DNA from: Takakia lepidozioides
Lineage: Eukaryota; Plantae; Bryophyta
Direction of reading: 5' to 3'
Assembly (NCBI GenBank): GCA_030704615.1
Contig: CM060731.1
Coordinates: 76,012,001 to 76,076,000, forward strand
DNA length: 64,000 bases
The notes beneath the pieces are model-generated. The model made no database searches, had not been told where the DNA came from, and was given only the letters and a program-made list of their open reading frames with translations. Made by a program: the position numbers and the translations under genes. Positions within the stretch are counted from its first letter, which is position 1. Every line of letters starts with the position of its first letter. Below, one piece after another: positions 1 to 13,322 of this stretch.

Positions 1-774
1 AAGGAGGATCGAACCAACTCTCAATCCATAAGACCTCCTGTGTGCGCTGCTTATGTCTGTAGTATGGAGGTTTTGGATTGGTCTGTGAAAACGACAAGGG
101 AGCAGCTGAGAAGCCATAATTTGAACAAAGTCACAACCATCGACCTCCCCAAGTAGCTTGCAATGTCCAGGGAAAAGACAGTGCGCATCGTACTTTCATG
201 CCCTGCTTAGCAACTTCGGATACTAGAGGAAGAGCAGTCTCTGCAGAACAAAGCCAGATCCTAACTTCACTCAACAACTAGGGGTACAATCCAAAATTAT
301 CATAGGTCAGCCAAACTCCCTCGGACTCATTCACATCCTACATGAACATAGGTCTACCAGGATTCTTACACTAAAAGGGATGATCAAACTTACCTGTGTG
401 AAATTGGAATAAAGCATGTCCTGCTTCTTGGGGAAGAATTTCACAGACTCCTGCAACCATTGGCACTGCACTGTTACCCGGGTAGTCCCCAATATGAAGC
501 CCTAAGCAGGTCTTTACTCTCTGGCTCCATATCTGGCGTTCTTGGGAGTGTGCAAGCGTGTGAAAACACATCAGCAAAAGCTATAGAGCTGCCGAACTTC
601 AAACGGAATTGCAAATTGAGTCCCTCCGGATTTAACTCATAATTGGACACTGAGCTTCCAAGAGAAAAGAGAAGTAATAGCACATACCTCGCGAGTAGTG
701 GAGGTAAGGACCCCATGGATAGAAGGCACAAAGGCTTCTCGGAGATGGACGTAAGTGCGAGGATGGGCCTCCAT
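1..774 (-). CDS. Spliced gene of unknown function, 5' part (runs off the left edge)
   Basis: Four exons with GT-AG boundaries (774-688, 532-394, 240-145, 56-<1) splice in frame without stops: MEAHPRTYVHLREAFVPSIHGVLTSTTRE/IWSQRVKTCLGLHIG...LFQFHT/ETALPLVSEVAKQGMKVRCALSFPWTLQATWG/DISSAHRR. No family recognised. Confidence 0.5.
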
Positions 775-1265
775 AGGCCGGGGCTTCGATCACGTCCTCC
801 TTCCCTCCCTTTCAAACGTTCCAATGCCACGCCCCACACTCGCCTTCCTTCCTTCTCTTTGGAAAAAGAAGCTTAAAAATTACTTGCGAGTTTTACGTTT
901 TACTGATATTATATTAAATCAGGGTAACTTTTCAATACTGATTATATCGCAAGATTTCTCACTGCAGGTAACTTCTTACTTTTGAAGCTCCAGGTTTTTT
1001 CCCGGTATCTCTCTTGGTTACTTGCAGGTTTCTCTCGTAGTGCGCAGTGCATGCTTCTCTCAAGTTTCTCATCAAGTTCCTCATCAACTTGAGCAAGGTA
1101 AACTTTGCATGAAAGGTTAATACACGATCATGATCAATGAGAGACCTGAATTAAATCTGTGAATTTGATCGTCGGTTTGTTTCTGTGCAGTAAGTTTTCA
1201 GTGTCAATCATGTTGTAAACGAGCGTCAAGTAGACTTCATGTAGCAGCTGAACAATCTTAAGTTC

Positions 1266-2183
1266 ATGGATTTGCAGATGCGCTGGAAGCTATCCAGGCC
1301 TCGTGACGAGCGAGCAGCTTCAAGCAATGGTACTAGGATTGACAGGAGTGAGGTTGAGGATTTCAACCTGGAAACTCTTCCCTCGGACGCTCCACCTGCA
1401 TCTCCGTACTTTTCAACGGAAGGTATGGGAACTGAAAAAGTTACAAGAAGTCCAAAAACACACAACTGGGAAGATAATGAGACAAGGAGTCTCATCAAAG
1501 CTAAAGGAATTGAATATATGCAGAATTTGCAGTCTGTGGATCCTCGTTCCAGGTTTGAGAGCGCAACATCAAAGTGGACCAAATGTGCCTTGTTCATTTT
1601 CAATGAAGGTTTCACACAACACAGCAGGACCTGGAAAATGTGCAAAAATAGGTGGAGACATCTACACAAAGGTTTCAAGCGCATCGCTGACCACCACAAA
1701 AGAACAGGTGTTGCTGAATCATACTGGACCATGACATCATCTGAGAGACTGCAAGAGCGACTGCCAGCCTCCTACCACAAACCTTACTATGACCTGATTG
1801 AAGACTTCCTTATAGAGCGTCCACAGCTTATAGACCTGAGCTCACCTCATGACAATGTGTATCGTCCAGACACATCACATCTACATATGGTGGGAGAAGA
1901 TGGTGAAGAGTTAAATCCAGATTCAGCACATACTCATGCACAAAATGTGAACTTCCCTGCTCAGTCGCTTGATTCCCTGCTCAGTCACATTTTTTACCTG
2001 AACTCAAATGCATCTGCTCAGACTAACTCAGCTACTAGCCAGCGTCCGAGAAACACAGGAGAGAAAAGAAAGTGGCAGAGAGGACTAAATCCTATCATGG
2101 TAGAGGCAATCGCAGTCTGCTTGAAGCTATGTCCAAGCAAACAGAGGCTCTGTGCAATGCAGCCAAAGAATTTTGATCGCTAA
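1266..2183 (+). CDS. Trihelix Myb/SANT-like DNA-binding protein (Myb_DNA-bind_4 type, as in PIF/Harbinger ORF1 and ASR3-like factors); C-terminus probably frameshifted
   Basis: W..ET..LI.AK, KW, RTWKMCKNRW..L..GFK.I.DH, SYWTM...ER...LP pattern. A helical tail (LLEAMSKQTEALCNAAKEF) continues in another frame after ~2100. Confidence 0.75.
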   Translation: MDLQMRWKLSRPRDERAASSNGTRIDRSEVEDFNLETLPSDAPPASPYFSTEGMGTEKVTRSPKTHNWEDNETRSLIKAKGIEYMQNLQSVDPRSRFESATSKWTKCALFIFNEGFTQHSRTWKMCKNRWRHLHKGFKRIADHHKRTGVAESYWTMTSSERLQERLPASYHKPYYDLIEDFLIERPQLIDLSSPHDNVYRPDTSHLHMVGEDGEELNPDSAHTHAQNVNFPAQSLDSLLSHIFYLNSNASAQTNSATSQRPRNTGEKRKWQRGLNPIMVEAIAVCLKLCPSKQRLCAMQPKNFDR

Positions 2184-3056
2184 ACGCTGCATCGAAGTTG
2201 GCAAAGAGATGGAGCTGAGTCGTCGGGAGTCGTCTACAGTACCTCAACAAACATGACCAGGCTACACTCATAGAGCAAAGAAACATGATCGATGCTATGT
2301 CACGATTGTTTCACCCCAGCGAGCATCTATATTGCTGGCACCTCGAACAATCGAACAACCTTGGCATCAACTGAAGATCAAGGGCTAGCCATTGTCAGGT
2401 ACGAGTCAGGTACCCGAGATACATATAGATATTCAAGAACATACTATGACCATAATTAGATCCTTTGTCAACAACTGCGCCTGCATTGACAAAAGATCAA
2501 TTGATCATTGGACAAAAATCTTTGGTCAACAGTAGATCAGTTTGTAGCAGAAATGCTGTCATTACAGTGCATTACAATATGTAGAAACTGGTCATATGAA
2601 AACGATAACGGAGATATTATGCGAGTTCAATTTGGACAACACATTCAGTTGAGAAAATTTGCTCAGGATTACGTCATGATTTGATAGCACTTGACATTGG
2701 TTCATGCCACAATTTCACCCACTCTCTGATGTGTGGACCCCAAGATAGACTAGCTCATCATACTGAAATCTCCTTTCCTACGCGAATGCCACCGTTGCCA
2801 TCATCCTGATTTACAATGAGTCATTGCCTTTCAACGCTATCCCGGCGTCGTCTTTGACGCCTTTGTTCACGCCATCTGATGTCCTCTGTCTCCGTAAACA
2901 GTTTTAAGAAAAAACTCCTTTGTATTTCGAGTGGGCTTATTTCGTGGAATACAGTGTCAGGCTGGCGAGTGGCGTTACGGAGTATAAGCCACTCCGTAAC
3001 GCCCTTTGCCAGCATGGCAAGGCAATTTTTTTTTTTTTCCAATTGTTTACGCTGTG

Positions 3057-6000
3057 TGAAGCCTTATTCCGGCGCTATGGGTTTGTTCTCCTTCCTCTAC
3101 CGGACTTAATCCCATCAAGGGGGATGTAGTCATAGATGGGATTGCGTTGCATGCTATGTGGGCATGCTCGTGGTGCCGCCACTATGCTGGTGTGTGATCG
3201 ATGCTCAAGAGGTTGGCACATGGGATGCTTGACACCACCTCTTGAGAGGGTTCCTAATGGAGATTGGTTATGTCCACAGTGCTTGGGATAGTGGCAGTGG
3301 ATATGACTAGTGGCAGCTCACAAGACATGGGAGGCCAAGCTCATAGAAGTCAATACCCAAGATCCCAGGCTCAAATTCACAGGTTGCAAGACGACGACTA
3401 ACGATGGGGCAACTCTTGTACCCGGCCTCTTGATTTATTGAGTTTGAGTGTAGTAGGGACAGTGGTGGAGGACTTAGTGAGGCTATGGCCACTATCACAT
3501 CTTGTGGCTACCTGGACTTAGAGGGACCTAAGCGCCAGCTAGGGGGGCGATTGTGATGGACTAGTGGCTGCACTAGTGGTGGCTAGTGGCAGCCTAGTGG
3601 TGGACTAATGGCTACACTAGTGGTGGCTAATGGCAGCCTAGTGTTGGACTAGTGGTGACTAGTGGTTGTCTAGTGGCAGCCTAGTGGTGCACCAGTGGTG
3701 CACTAGTGATAGACTAGTGTTTGGTGTGCACATATGTTGTGTGGTTTGGACAGCGATGTAGTTGTGTAGCAATATGTATGCGCACGACAAATTAAACATG
3801 AATGGAGCTAGCTAAGTGAGGAGTAGAAGCATGTTGGGGAAGCAAGACATACTGCTTGCCAGGAAAAATATCAGAGATCAGGTAAGGGCCATCAATCCGA
3901 TGCTTGGCCTTAGATACCTGCTTACCAGGCTGGAGCCGGACACAAACAGACTGGCCTACCTTGAATGACTCGGAATACACAACACGTCTGTTGTAATTCT
4001 TGGCCCGAGCAGCTTGGGCAAACAGAATGTTAGATACGCAAACTACGTCGTCTAGCATCCATGGAAAGCAAAAAGACTTCCCAATTTTCAGGCTCAGTTG
4101 CGGAGACCTGCAGCCAGGAAATATGCAAATGAGTTCTACATTTCCTACCATACAAAAGTTCAAAATGAGAGGCTTCACAATGCATGAGTTTGAAATCATT
4201 GGACAAAACAACATTAGCAACAGGTTGTGGGTTTGTAGAGAGATCGGTCGGCACCCTTACAAACGATCTTGGTTGTTTAAATGGCCTTTCGGGGTTTTCT
4301 CTTTCTCATAACGATCAATGAGAGCAGGGAGTTGAGAGAGGTAAGGGCATAATCTGGTGTAGTGTTCTTTGGATTTGTAAACCATGCATGCCACCACGGA
4401 TAGTTTGGCTTCATACCTAGGGCCGGTGTTAGTCTTACCTTTGTGACTAGTATTTTGGGAGCCAACTAGTTTCCAGTTAACCTCTGCCTTGAAGGCCTGT
4501 AGTTGACCCTTGATTTCATCATGGAGGAAGACAATTCATGCACAAGGGAAGGTACTAATTCTTCTGCAAGGCCTTTCACCCCAAGGTACCCATCAGTACT
4601 CACAACATCAGTTCTTTCACTGGCCAGGTGTGTGTGTTTGATAGTGGCTGGTTTGGCAAATCCAGCCTTGGCAGCGTAAAGACGAAGGCGTTCTACTATT
4701 AATTCAACCATTTCATCCTCAATAGTGTAAGTCTGTTTTTGTAGAAACACTTTCTCAGCAGGGGGTAGGCCCTTCACAAAACAATGTTTCAAAATAGTAG
4801 GTCGCTCTGAGGCAATTAGAACTGACTTACAGATTGCAGTTCGCAAGTCAGTGTAGTATTTCCACACACTGTCACCATATGAAATTTTAAGTCTGGTGTG
4901 GTGTAAGCTATGGGTTTTTCTTCACGAAAGAGTTTGCGAGCCAATTCTCTGGCTTCTACCCAAGTAAGATAATTTTTGTCCTTGATATTGGACTCAAACA
5001 GTTGTCTGGCCTCTCCCTTCAGACAGATCCGAAAAGACTTTACTTGGAACCGTGAGGGAACACAATTCATTTCAGTGCTGATTTCAAAAAATTCCAAGAA
5101 AGACTCAAAATCCTCCCCTAAGTTGTACTCAGGGTATTGTTGCTTATGCATTCGCTCCCTATGATCATTTTTCCGTGATGTGGTATCCGGAGCTTCAGTT
5201 TGTTTCAGCAACATCTTCGTAAGCGGAGGGCAATTTGAAATCACCCCCATGGCTTCACACAGCTCAATCAAATGTGGGTTGAGGCACAGTCGCCAGATCC
5301 TTGTGATCTCCGGTGGAGCTTGAGGAGAAGGCGTGTGACGTAGGCTCCCTGAAGAGACTCGCGAATGCGCCGGCTATGTTCCCTCTGCTCCGCTCTAGTG
5401 TGTATGGGCTTGGAAGCTTCTTTGCGTGCAGTCTCCTCAAAAGTTTTGGCCAGAACTTTGAGGGTGTGTCCAACGGGAGCTCAGGTCGCGGAATTGGCTC
5501 TCTTTCCGGATAATCGACAAACACAAGCTGCTCAGGTAACAGGTTGCGTGCAAGTTCACAAATGTAGCGAGATTCTAACGTCCGGGTCTGTCTCAAGCGC
5601 GAGACCTCAAACTGATCAAGCTCAAACCAACCGCGTTCAGAACTAGAAGCCATAGCGCTCACTTGTGAAACTCTCAAAACACAGAAAAGCTTGAGCAAAC
5701 AAACTCTCTCTCTCCCTCACTGTGCGTGACATACAAGCCACCATTTTACCACTACCTCTCCCCTCAATCATTCAGGATCCCCCGTACTCTATCTACTGTT
5801 CTCTCAGGTGTTTTGTACGAGCCAAATTCCCTGTTAACGATTTCTTCTACCCCGTATCTCCACCATGATTCCGGCGCTATGGGTTTGTTCTCCTTCCTCT
5901 ACCGGACTTAATCCTATCAAAGGGGATGTAGTCGATAGATGGGCCTGGCAGAGAAGACGGAATCTCACGAAGAGGATGCAACAAAGTGGAATATCCAAAA

Positions 6001-6228
6001 CACATTCATCAACACACTCAAGCACACCGTTACACGAAACGTATGCTCACGTGAGATCCAAAAGCCACCACCCTCACTGCCACGGCAGTGGAGCTTAAAT
6101 AGTATTAGGTCGTAATCTAATCCTAGTGCCGCGTGGCACTTACATATAGGCCAGCCAGATGCCCTTCTAGCATAGCCATAGAAAGAAGCCAGATCACCCA
6201 GATCCATCCTAATCTAATCCTAAACTAA
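3057..6228 (-). mobile_element. Internally deleted Ty3/Gypsy LTR retrotransposon (element A), same lineage as 48509-57601
   Basis: LTR-end repeat 3066-3140 = 5868-5943. PBS TGGTGGAGATACGGG (tRNA-Ala) at 5865-5851. Frameshifted gag at 5698-4466 (FRICLKGEARQLF). Integrase C-terminal GPY tail at 3792-4030 (VGQSVCVRLQPGK..K.RIDGPY) is homologous to 56158-56808. LTR motifs gttagtttagg and gccacgcggc are shared with element B. The 5' LTR is interrupted near 6229. Confidence 0.8.
3555..3720. repeat. Degenerate CTAGTGG-type short tandem repeats inside element A
   Basis: More than 10 ctagtgg(t/c) variants at roughly 10-14 nt spacing. Confidence 0.8.
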
Positions 6229-7056
6229 CTGTTAGAATAAGACAACACCTAATAAAGTCATAAGCTGTTGCCAGCTCATCCTCATGCGCAAGGTGTAAGT
6301 TCATCCAGACTTCATCCTGGGTCCGTCCATCCCTAAATCATCTGGGGCACATCCCTCCTCCGTTCATCCAAGTCGAAAAGAAGGTGAGAAGAAATCCCAG
6401 CTCCACAAGCAACCCACGCTTGTTGCTTCACTGTTTCTCGCCCCTGCCCCTCGGGCTCCGCCCTTGTTGCAAAGGGCTCACACTTGTGAAGCACCTCGCG
6501 CGGGTTGCTTACCCTACACGTAAAAACCTGCTCTAGATTTTCCTTTGTACTTTTTAGGGCATTTTGAAGCAGAACTCCCTAGGATGCACAAGCGGCATGG
6601 AACCAGTCGTGCCATTTGGGGGCGGGAGCACTCCATTTCTGGAACGTCGTTGCCAGAGGGAGATTAGTGGAACGCAATCTTGTCCCTTGGACGACATATC
6701 ATCTAGGGTTGATGTGAAGCCAGCTTGTTAGAGGGTCGAACCAGGTGAGCAAATTTTTTACGCAGCGGAAAGTTCCTGTCCGAGGACTTTCCGCCGTTAA
6801 AGGGTGGGAACTATCTGCTATACAGAATAAATCGGAGTGTTGGGCTTTCATTGACAGAGTCTGGAGTCTGCATGATGACACCATTGCGTAAGTTGAAGAG
6901 TGATCTTTGGTTTTGTTAAAAAATTCTGCAGCATGGGCTCCACAAGGTTTCTCTAGTGCATGAGATCGGTCAGACTACATCTTTCAAACATACACGAATT
7001 GTGGAGTGGCTCTGTGGCAAACACTTCGGAGCATATATGAGAGCTCGACAACCAGC

Positions 7057-7240
7057 ATGTAGCCCACTGGTGATGGGCACATACCACGTTGGATGTGGTT
7101 GTGGGTTCAAACCACGGTCTGGTGTGTCATGAAGGTGTCCACCTTTCAGCTGGAAGGCTGTAGCCCTTGTGGTGAAGTAACTTCCCTTGTGGTGAAGTGA
7201 CACCATAAGTTACGATCCCTTCGGGCGTCATACTTTACTT
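7057..7240 (+). mobile_element. tRNA-derived SINE-like repeat
   Basis: Box A-like GTAGCCCACTGG and box B-like GGTTCAAACC; clear similarity to 30415-30540. Confidence 0.5.
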
Positions 7241-7891
7241 TACTTTGAGGTAGCTCTACCGGAACCCATCCTGTGAGTCATGTGTTTGAATTCAAGCTCT
7301 TAATCTTTCTACAAATTGAAAGAAGGTAGCCCACTAGCCTGTCCATTTAGTGTGATAGTTGAAACAATGCAATCCTTTGATAACTCTCCAATCATATTCT
7401 GCCAGTTAGGGGTTTTCTAGTCTTGAGCCCTAATATTGCGGGACACAACAAGAATCAATCGAGCATTGTTTGGGAGAATGTCATCCAGCAGGGTAGTCCA
7501 GGAGGAAAGCTTACATCTTCTACACAAACTAGTCTTTTCTTTCTCTTTCACAACTACACTCTGAATGGTAACTCCTTGGCTTCTAACTAATTTGGCCAAT
7601 TTGAGGCACACTTGGGGCTTTACTAACTCTAAGCTTAGCATCTGTGGAAATGTAGATGCAGTTTCATCAACAACAGGGAAGTAATTCGTTTCTTGGGGGT
7701 ACTAGGACCAATTACAATTACATTTCCATTTCGCCAAGTGCATGCGAAGTCCTAGTAACTAGGGGCAGGCCCAAAAGTAAGGGTTGATTTTGAGATGTGG
7801 AACCATAACATGCATCTTTACAAGTGTAGAAAAATAACCATCAGCGACTCGAAAATCCACTAATGGTAGGATGAGATTCAGAAGAAAACAT

Positions 7892-10800
7892 CTACCTCTT
7901 CCTCCTACGTTTTTGGGTTCTTTCAGTTATGGGGCTCTTGTTGTCTACTTGAGCTGATGAATGAGTCTCTTGTTTCCTCTTCCTATGTGTATCCTTTGAC
8001 TGCTTGCTCACCTGAGCAGCAACTGGACCCTCACCTCCAGCAAGCCCATTGACATTAACCCCCATCTCCGTTTGCACACTCCTCAACACATCCTCCCATG
8101 TAACGTCCTCATTGTCACTCTCATCTTCTGGCACAGGGGAACTATTGACATCTGTATCCAACTTCGCATCGCTGCCTTCACCCTCCTCACCTTCCACCTC
8201 TTCATCTCCATCCTCACTGCCTCCTTCAGCATCAGATTCCGGTGACATTCCAGCCCCGTCTAAGCATGCATCTTCTACATCAAAGAAATTTTCCTTTACA
8301 GGCACTTTCTTTATCTGTTGCTTTGCAATCACCCCTGCAATGGCAGCTGCTGCTGCCGCTGCCGCTTTCTGATCACTGGTTTCCACCACTGCCTCTGTTT
8401 GAGGCTCTGGTCCAAGAGAGGCTTCAGTGGCAGGTGTTGTCTCCACTGTCTTCACATCATCTGTCCGAGGAGGAGGAACAAAGAAGGGGATGCGACCTCT
8501 TACCCAGTCATGAAGCACCATTTTGGCTGCAGTTTTCAAATCTGGCTCTCCCCCCTAGGAAGCCAAGACTACAATGCTCAGCCTGTGAACTAACCAAATT
8601 AGGACACCCAGTATGCACAGCACACCACTATGACTCTTTAGAAATAAAGATCTTCCACTCATTTTCAACCAGCAAGGATGAAAAAGAACTATTCAGAAAT
8701 GCAAACTGCAATCACTTCTGCCACTGGTCTAGCAACTCAGAGGTGAGCTAACAAGATGCCCAGAGATCTGGCTGGCAGCATACCATGCTAAATTAGATGC
8801 ATTGAACAATACTTAGGAGACATTAAAAGACAGAGGCAAACATGCAAAGATAGAAACCTCCAATATATACCTAGTATATTTGCACCTTCTGGATGTACAA
8901 GATCCCCAATAGGGCACAAAAAAATCAAATACAAGGAAACATACACTGTCAGTGATAGAGCAATACCTTGAGCAACTTCCCTGTTTGTCTACAAAGCTGG
9001 GTCAAAAAATCGTTGTCATCTTCCCTGAAATAGTAGCAACCGGCCGATCAGATAAAAACTTGATGGATAGAAAGTAAAGAATGTACAGCTCTACGTGTGC
9101 CATTGGTCAAAATTAACACCCACACATCCTGGAGACATTAATGCTGCTCGTCACTGTTTCTATACATTATTTTGGGCACTGCACCAATCTCAACTGGGCA
9201 CTCAAGGTCCTATTGCAATCTTTGACTGCGAAGTCAAGCATGATATGCTGCAGAACATCTACCCTGCCATTCGACTGCATGATGAGTATAGGGAAAAAGT
9301 AAAAGTGTAACTACCAAATTGTACCAATTGACAATATAGATCCAGTGAGAAAACTTCACCGAGATGCAAATTGACTTTGAACATACAGATCGTCCTACTG
9401 AGTGGAACAGACAGTCCCTCCGTACTCATAAATGAAACTACAATGGGAACAAGGAGAGTTACCAGTCATGAATGCGATACGCTCGTTTAAGATAGTCCTT
9501 TTTGACACGATGCAACACCTCACCTATGTGTTCGGTGGCATCCTCCAAGTTGCCCACCCGCACCTAACCCATTGACATCCACCCCCAGACTCCCTTAGAC
9601 ATTTCTGCAACCTCAGGCATACACGTCCTATTGAGCACACACGTCCTATCATGTTCTTTAAGATGACAACTAGGTAGCAAGGATCTTACCACTCCCTTCA
9701 ATACAATATCTGTTTCACTGTCGGTACTGTGATAGACAACGCCTGGGCAGTCGATCAAGAAGATGCGCTTAGTGAGTGTGATATACTGCCACACCTTGGT
9801 CTCACCAGGTATGGGTGCCACTTTACACACCTGCCAACACAGGTTTGTCCACACAATATCAGACATCATTCCACCTCAAGTACCACAGTAGAAAGCCTCA
9901 ACAAGAATTCCCAATCAGATTCCAGCCACCGATCACAGACATTTCATCTGTAGAAGAGTAATCTTACAGCCCTAGAAGTCATGAAGTATGCATGTTAGCA
10001 GAAAGTCCACCTCCATGCAACCTTCTTGAGGAGACAAGACCAACAGACAGAAAGACTCAACAGGAAAGGAACAAAGGGAATTGCCTTCTTCGTCCGCAAA
10101 GTGTTAATAACCGATGATTTCCCAACATTTGGATATCCCACAAATCCGACCGAAATGGCTTGCTTGTCACTCTTCAAGCGGGCAAGTTGCCGTAACAGTG
10201 ACAGAAGGGAACCCTGCACAAATGTACATGGAGCAATCACTCAGCACTGCCTTAGCTTCCGAAAGACGTCATCAGTAGTATTACTGTTGGACTGCAGATT
10301 AAGAACTGCATCCAGACATCAAAAGGTAACCTAAGCAAATTTTGCAGCAGTCCAAAACCTAAACTTGTCTGACATAGAGAGTAGAGTCTCGACATTGTGC
10401 TGCCAATCAGAAAAGTATCAGACCATCAACTTCTTCAGTGACAGGCCACCACCACTCCTCACTCAATCCATCGGTTCCAACATTGGGTGCAGATCACAAA
10501 TAGTACTACACACAAGTTTATGGGCGAAACATATATTTTGATCTAGATATTGTACGAATCAATTCTGAAATTGCCTACAGCCCTGGCGATGCAAGAACGT
10601 CGTAGAGAAGTACCAAGGCATGATGTTGTGTGAAGAAGAGTTAGAGAGAGATCTTCTGGAGAAAGACAGAAGAGACCTTGCCAAAGGGGTTGGTGACACT
10701 GGCATGAAATGCCAGAGTTGGAAACTCCCGTGAAAGAACATGTAGCCAACCCTTAGTTGCCCATGAGGGCACAAGATCACACTGCATCACACCATGCCCC

Positions 10801-13322
10801 AACCTCCAGCCTTAAGACAACCATTGAGAAGAAGGTCACCTGTAGCTACCAAGAACTACCATGCTATGTTTAGCAATCTTAGCTAACTAGGCTAACTGAT
10901 GAGATTGCTAATTCATCTCTTTTTCAACATCACAAGCATATTGTGAATAGCTCCCCATAGTTCTTGCATAAACTTTGAGAAACAGGATTATCCAATTATG
11001 CAAACCCCTAGACTCCACAAAAAAGTAGGGATAGTTACATCTCCACGGGCAGAGGCAAAATCAGCACACAGCCAAATTCTTTGGGTTCTATCAACACTAG
11101 AAGTAAGACTGGACTCTGTCTGCACATGGGATGGAAATAGACAGAAAATGGCATCTCAGACTCGTCTTAAACTTCCATTCAGAATTGTCTGCATGTAATG
11201 CATTGAGGCAGTGTTAAAACAGGCTTTTCCTCTTCCATCTCAGTTCTACAAACATATGACTTCTAGTGGCTTCATTTCTAAGGTGATAAAGATTCCCCCC
11301 TTCCATGTGTCCCCCCCTCCCTTTTTCTTTCAAACAAAGCTCAACATACTTCAAATCTTGCCTCCCCACCTCCTGAACACCCAGCTGACCTTGTTGAGTA
11401 AGAAAATAAGATGCTTGTGCTTGCAATTCTCACGCAAATGCTTCTCGAGGTGGCGACATCTCGTTCCTTGCGGATCTCTTGCATCCAACACCTGTGAGCA
11501 AAAGAGAAGAACATCTATACAAAGTAAGTTTCTCAGACTTGCAATTTACTTCAAATCCGCAGGTTACGCACCAAAGCTCTTACACATCTAGACATGGTAT
11601 GTGGTCCACTACAAGTGGTTTCCTGCACACTTCAAGTGTCTAAGCTGCATCTGGCAGCAGTTGCTGGTGGGAAACCTCTCCTAGCATTGCCCAGCAAATC
11701 AACCATGATCAGTAAGCTGTACTCTAGTATCCTTTCATCTCTAGTCAGCTGTACTCTAGTTTGTGTGGTGTATTCACACAAACCATCCTTACTACGCTAC
11801 GCTACATGCAGATTAAGTTACTGCAGTCACTTGAAACTTGGCACGACGGTAACACTCTTAATCAGCGGTTTGTGTGAAACAGCATCTTACCAGTGTAATG
11901 TCAACCTGAAGAATACGTCAACCCAATGTAGAATAAATAGGCCTAATTCAAGTGCAGAATCAAGATGATGCCGAAGTGTGAGCTACCAGCACTGACATAC
12001 TTTCAATGCGGGACAAGGTCAGGAAATTTGGTTTTGTATACACGAGAACCAATAGACTAAACAATACCTGAATGACAACATCAGATGAGTCAACAACTTT
12101 GTAAAGCTCCCCCCAGATACGTTTGCTCTGTCCTTTGTCAAACATAGTATGCCGGGCCTGGTCCCTTAATCCATCGTCCTTTTCCCCCTCCCCAGTAACT
12201 AGCCCGGTGTCTTGCTTCTCATAACTCTCTGTAGCCAGGTTTCCCTTTCAGTCTGCATAGAAATAGAGCTAGAAGTAACAAAATGAATCTCCCTCTGTGT
12301 TTTCTGTCTTCCTTCCATGTATATGAACACCCATATGAACCCTGGGCAGGCCACTAAAGTGCACTAGTATGCGTCAAAATCCAACAGGAAACCCTGACAG
12401 TCCATCTCAGACCCATATTATTGAGTTGAAATCGCAATGCAAGCCAACAGTCTGGAAATGTAGGTTATCTACAGACCTCGCACATCTTGGACTTTCTGAA
12501 CCAGACCAGAAAAGTCATCCACTGCCAGTTTGGGACGGCGCCGCTTCTTCTTGGGTCCAAATGTGTCTGCAAATGGCTCAGTGTCCAGCAGATGCACCCT
12601 GGATTGCTGCCATTACAAATTAAATCCGTCAGTCACAGCACCATAACCAGCACTTACACAAACAGAACAGTACTCACGCCCAGAAATATTCTGGTGAGTC
12701 ACAAAACAGCCAAAAAAGAGGAGAGGGATATTCATTGAGTAAAGCTGAGTAGACGTGCTCATATGGCAAAGGATAGCATATTTGGGATTAGTAGTGCCAT
12801 GAACTCAAGTATAGATCATGACGCCCATGGTTAAGCAGGGTTAAGCACATGTGCTAGGGTCCACCTTTTGATGATCACTTAGCAGAGCCAAAGGCAGTTT
12901 CTTGTCCTTGAGAATGACTGTGTATGCATCCGACACTTGTGTGCGCATATCTTCTCGAAATCTCTCTAGCTCCTTCTGACCTACAACTCTTGTGTTTCCT
13001 GCACAGATGCACTACAGTAGTCAGCCAAGCTGTCCACTTCATCCACTAACCTTGCAAAATGTTAACAACAAGAAGAGAATACGTAATACATACCAAACCA
13101 GCGGCGATCAGGTTGAATGCGGGTGGAGGGCAGCGCCTTGGACTGGTATTCCTGGTACAGCATACGACCCTTGGTGTTGCGAACAGGACGAGCCTTGTAC
13201 ATTTGAAGGCGCCGCACCGTGGCAGCTGTGCGAGTGCCATTTTTTCCATCACGCCTCTGCTCGTCTAAGGAATGCTTCGGCTTTCCCTTGACCGGTGCAC
13301 CCTTCGTCTTCTGTTTCCCCAT
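7892..13322 (-). CDS. NUG2: Nucleolar GTP-binding protein 2 (NOG2/GNL2 family), multi-exon
   Basis: Exons encode [64 protein letters not shown] (G1), [21 protein letters not shown] (G3) and [24 protein letters not shown] at 13322, stop at 7892. Confidence 0.95.

Noticed and set aside
5866-5943. Hammerhead ribozyme/retrozyme in the repeat shared with 3066-3140
   Set aside because: No CUGAnGA/GAAA core on either strand; the repeat is explained as LTR ends next to a PBS.
6229-6960. Possible additional LTR or LINE fragment beginning tgttagaataag
   Set aside because: No second end, TSD or protein motif could be identified.
7614-7623. ggggctttac as the missing outer end of element A's 5' LTR
   Set aside because: Only 10 bp match; adjacent sequence and TSD do not fit.
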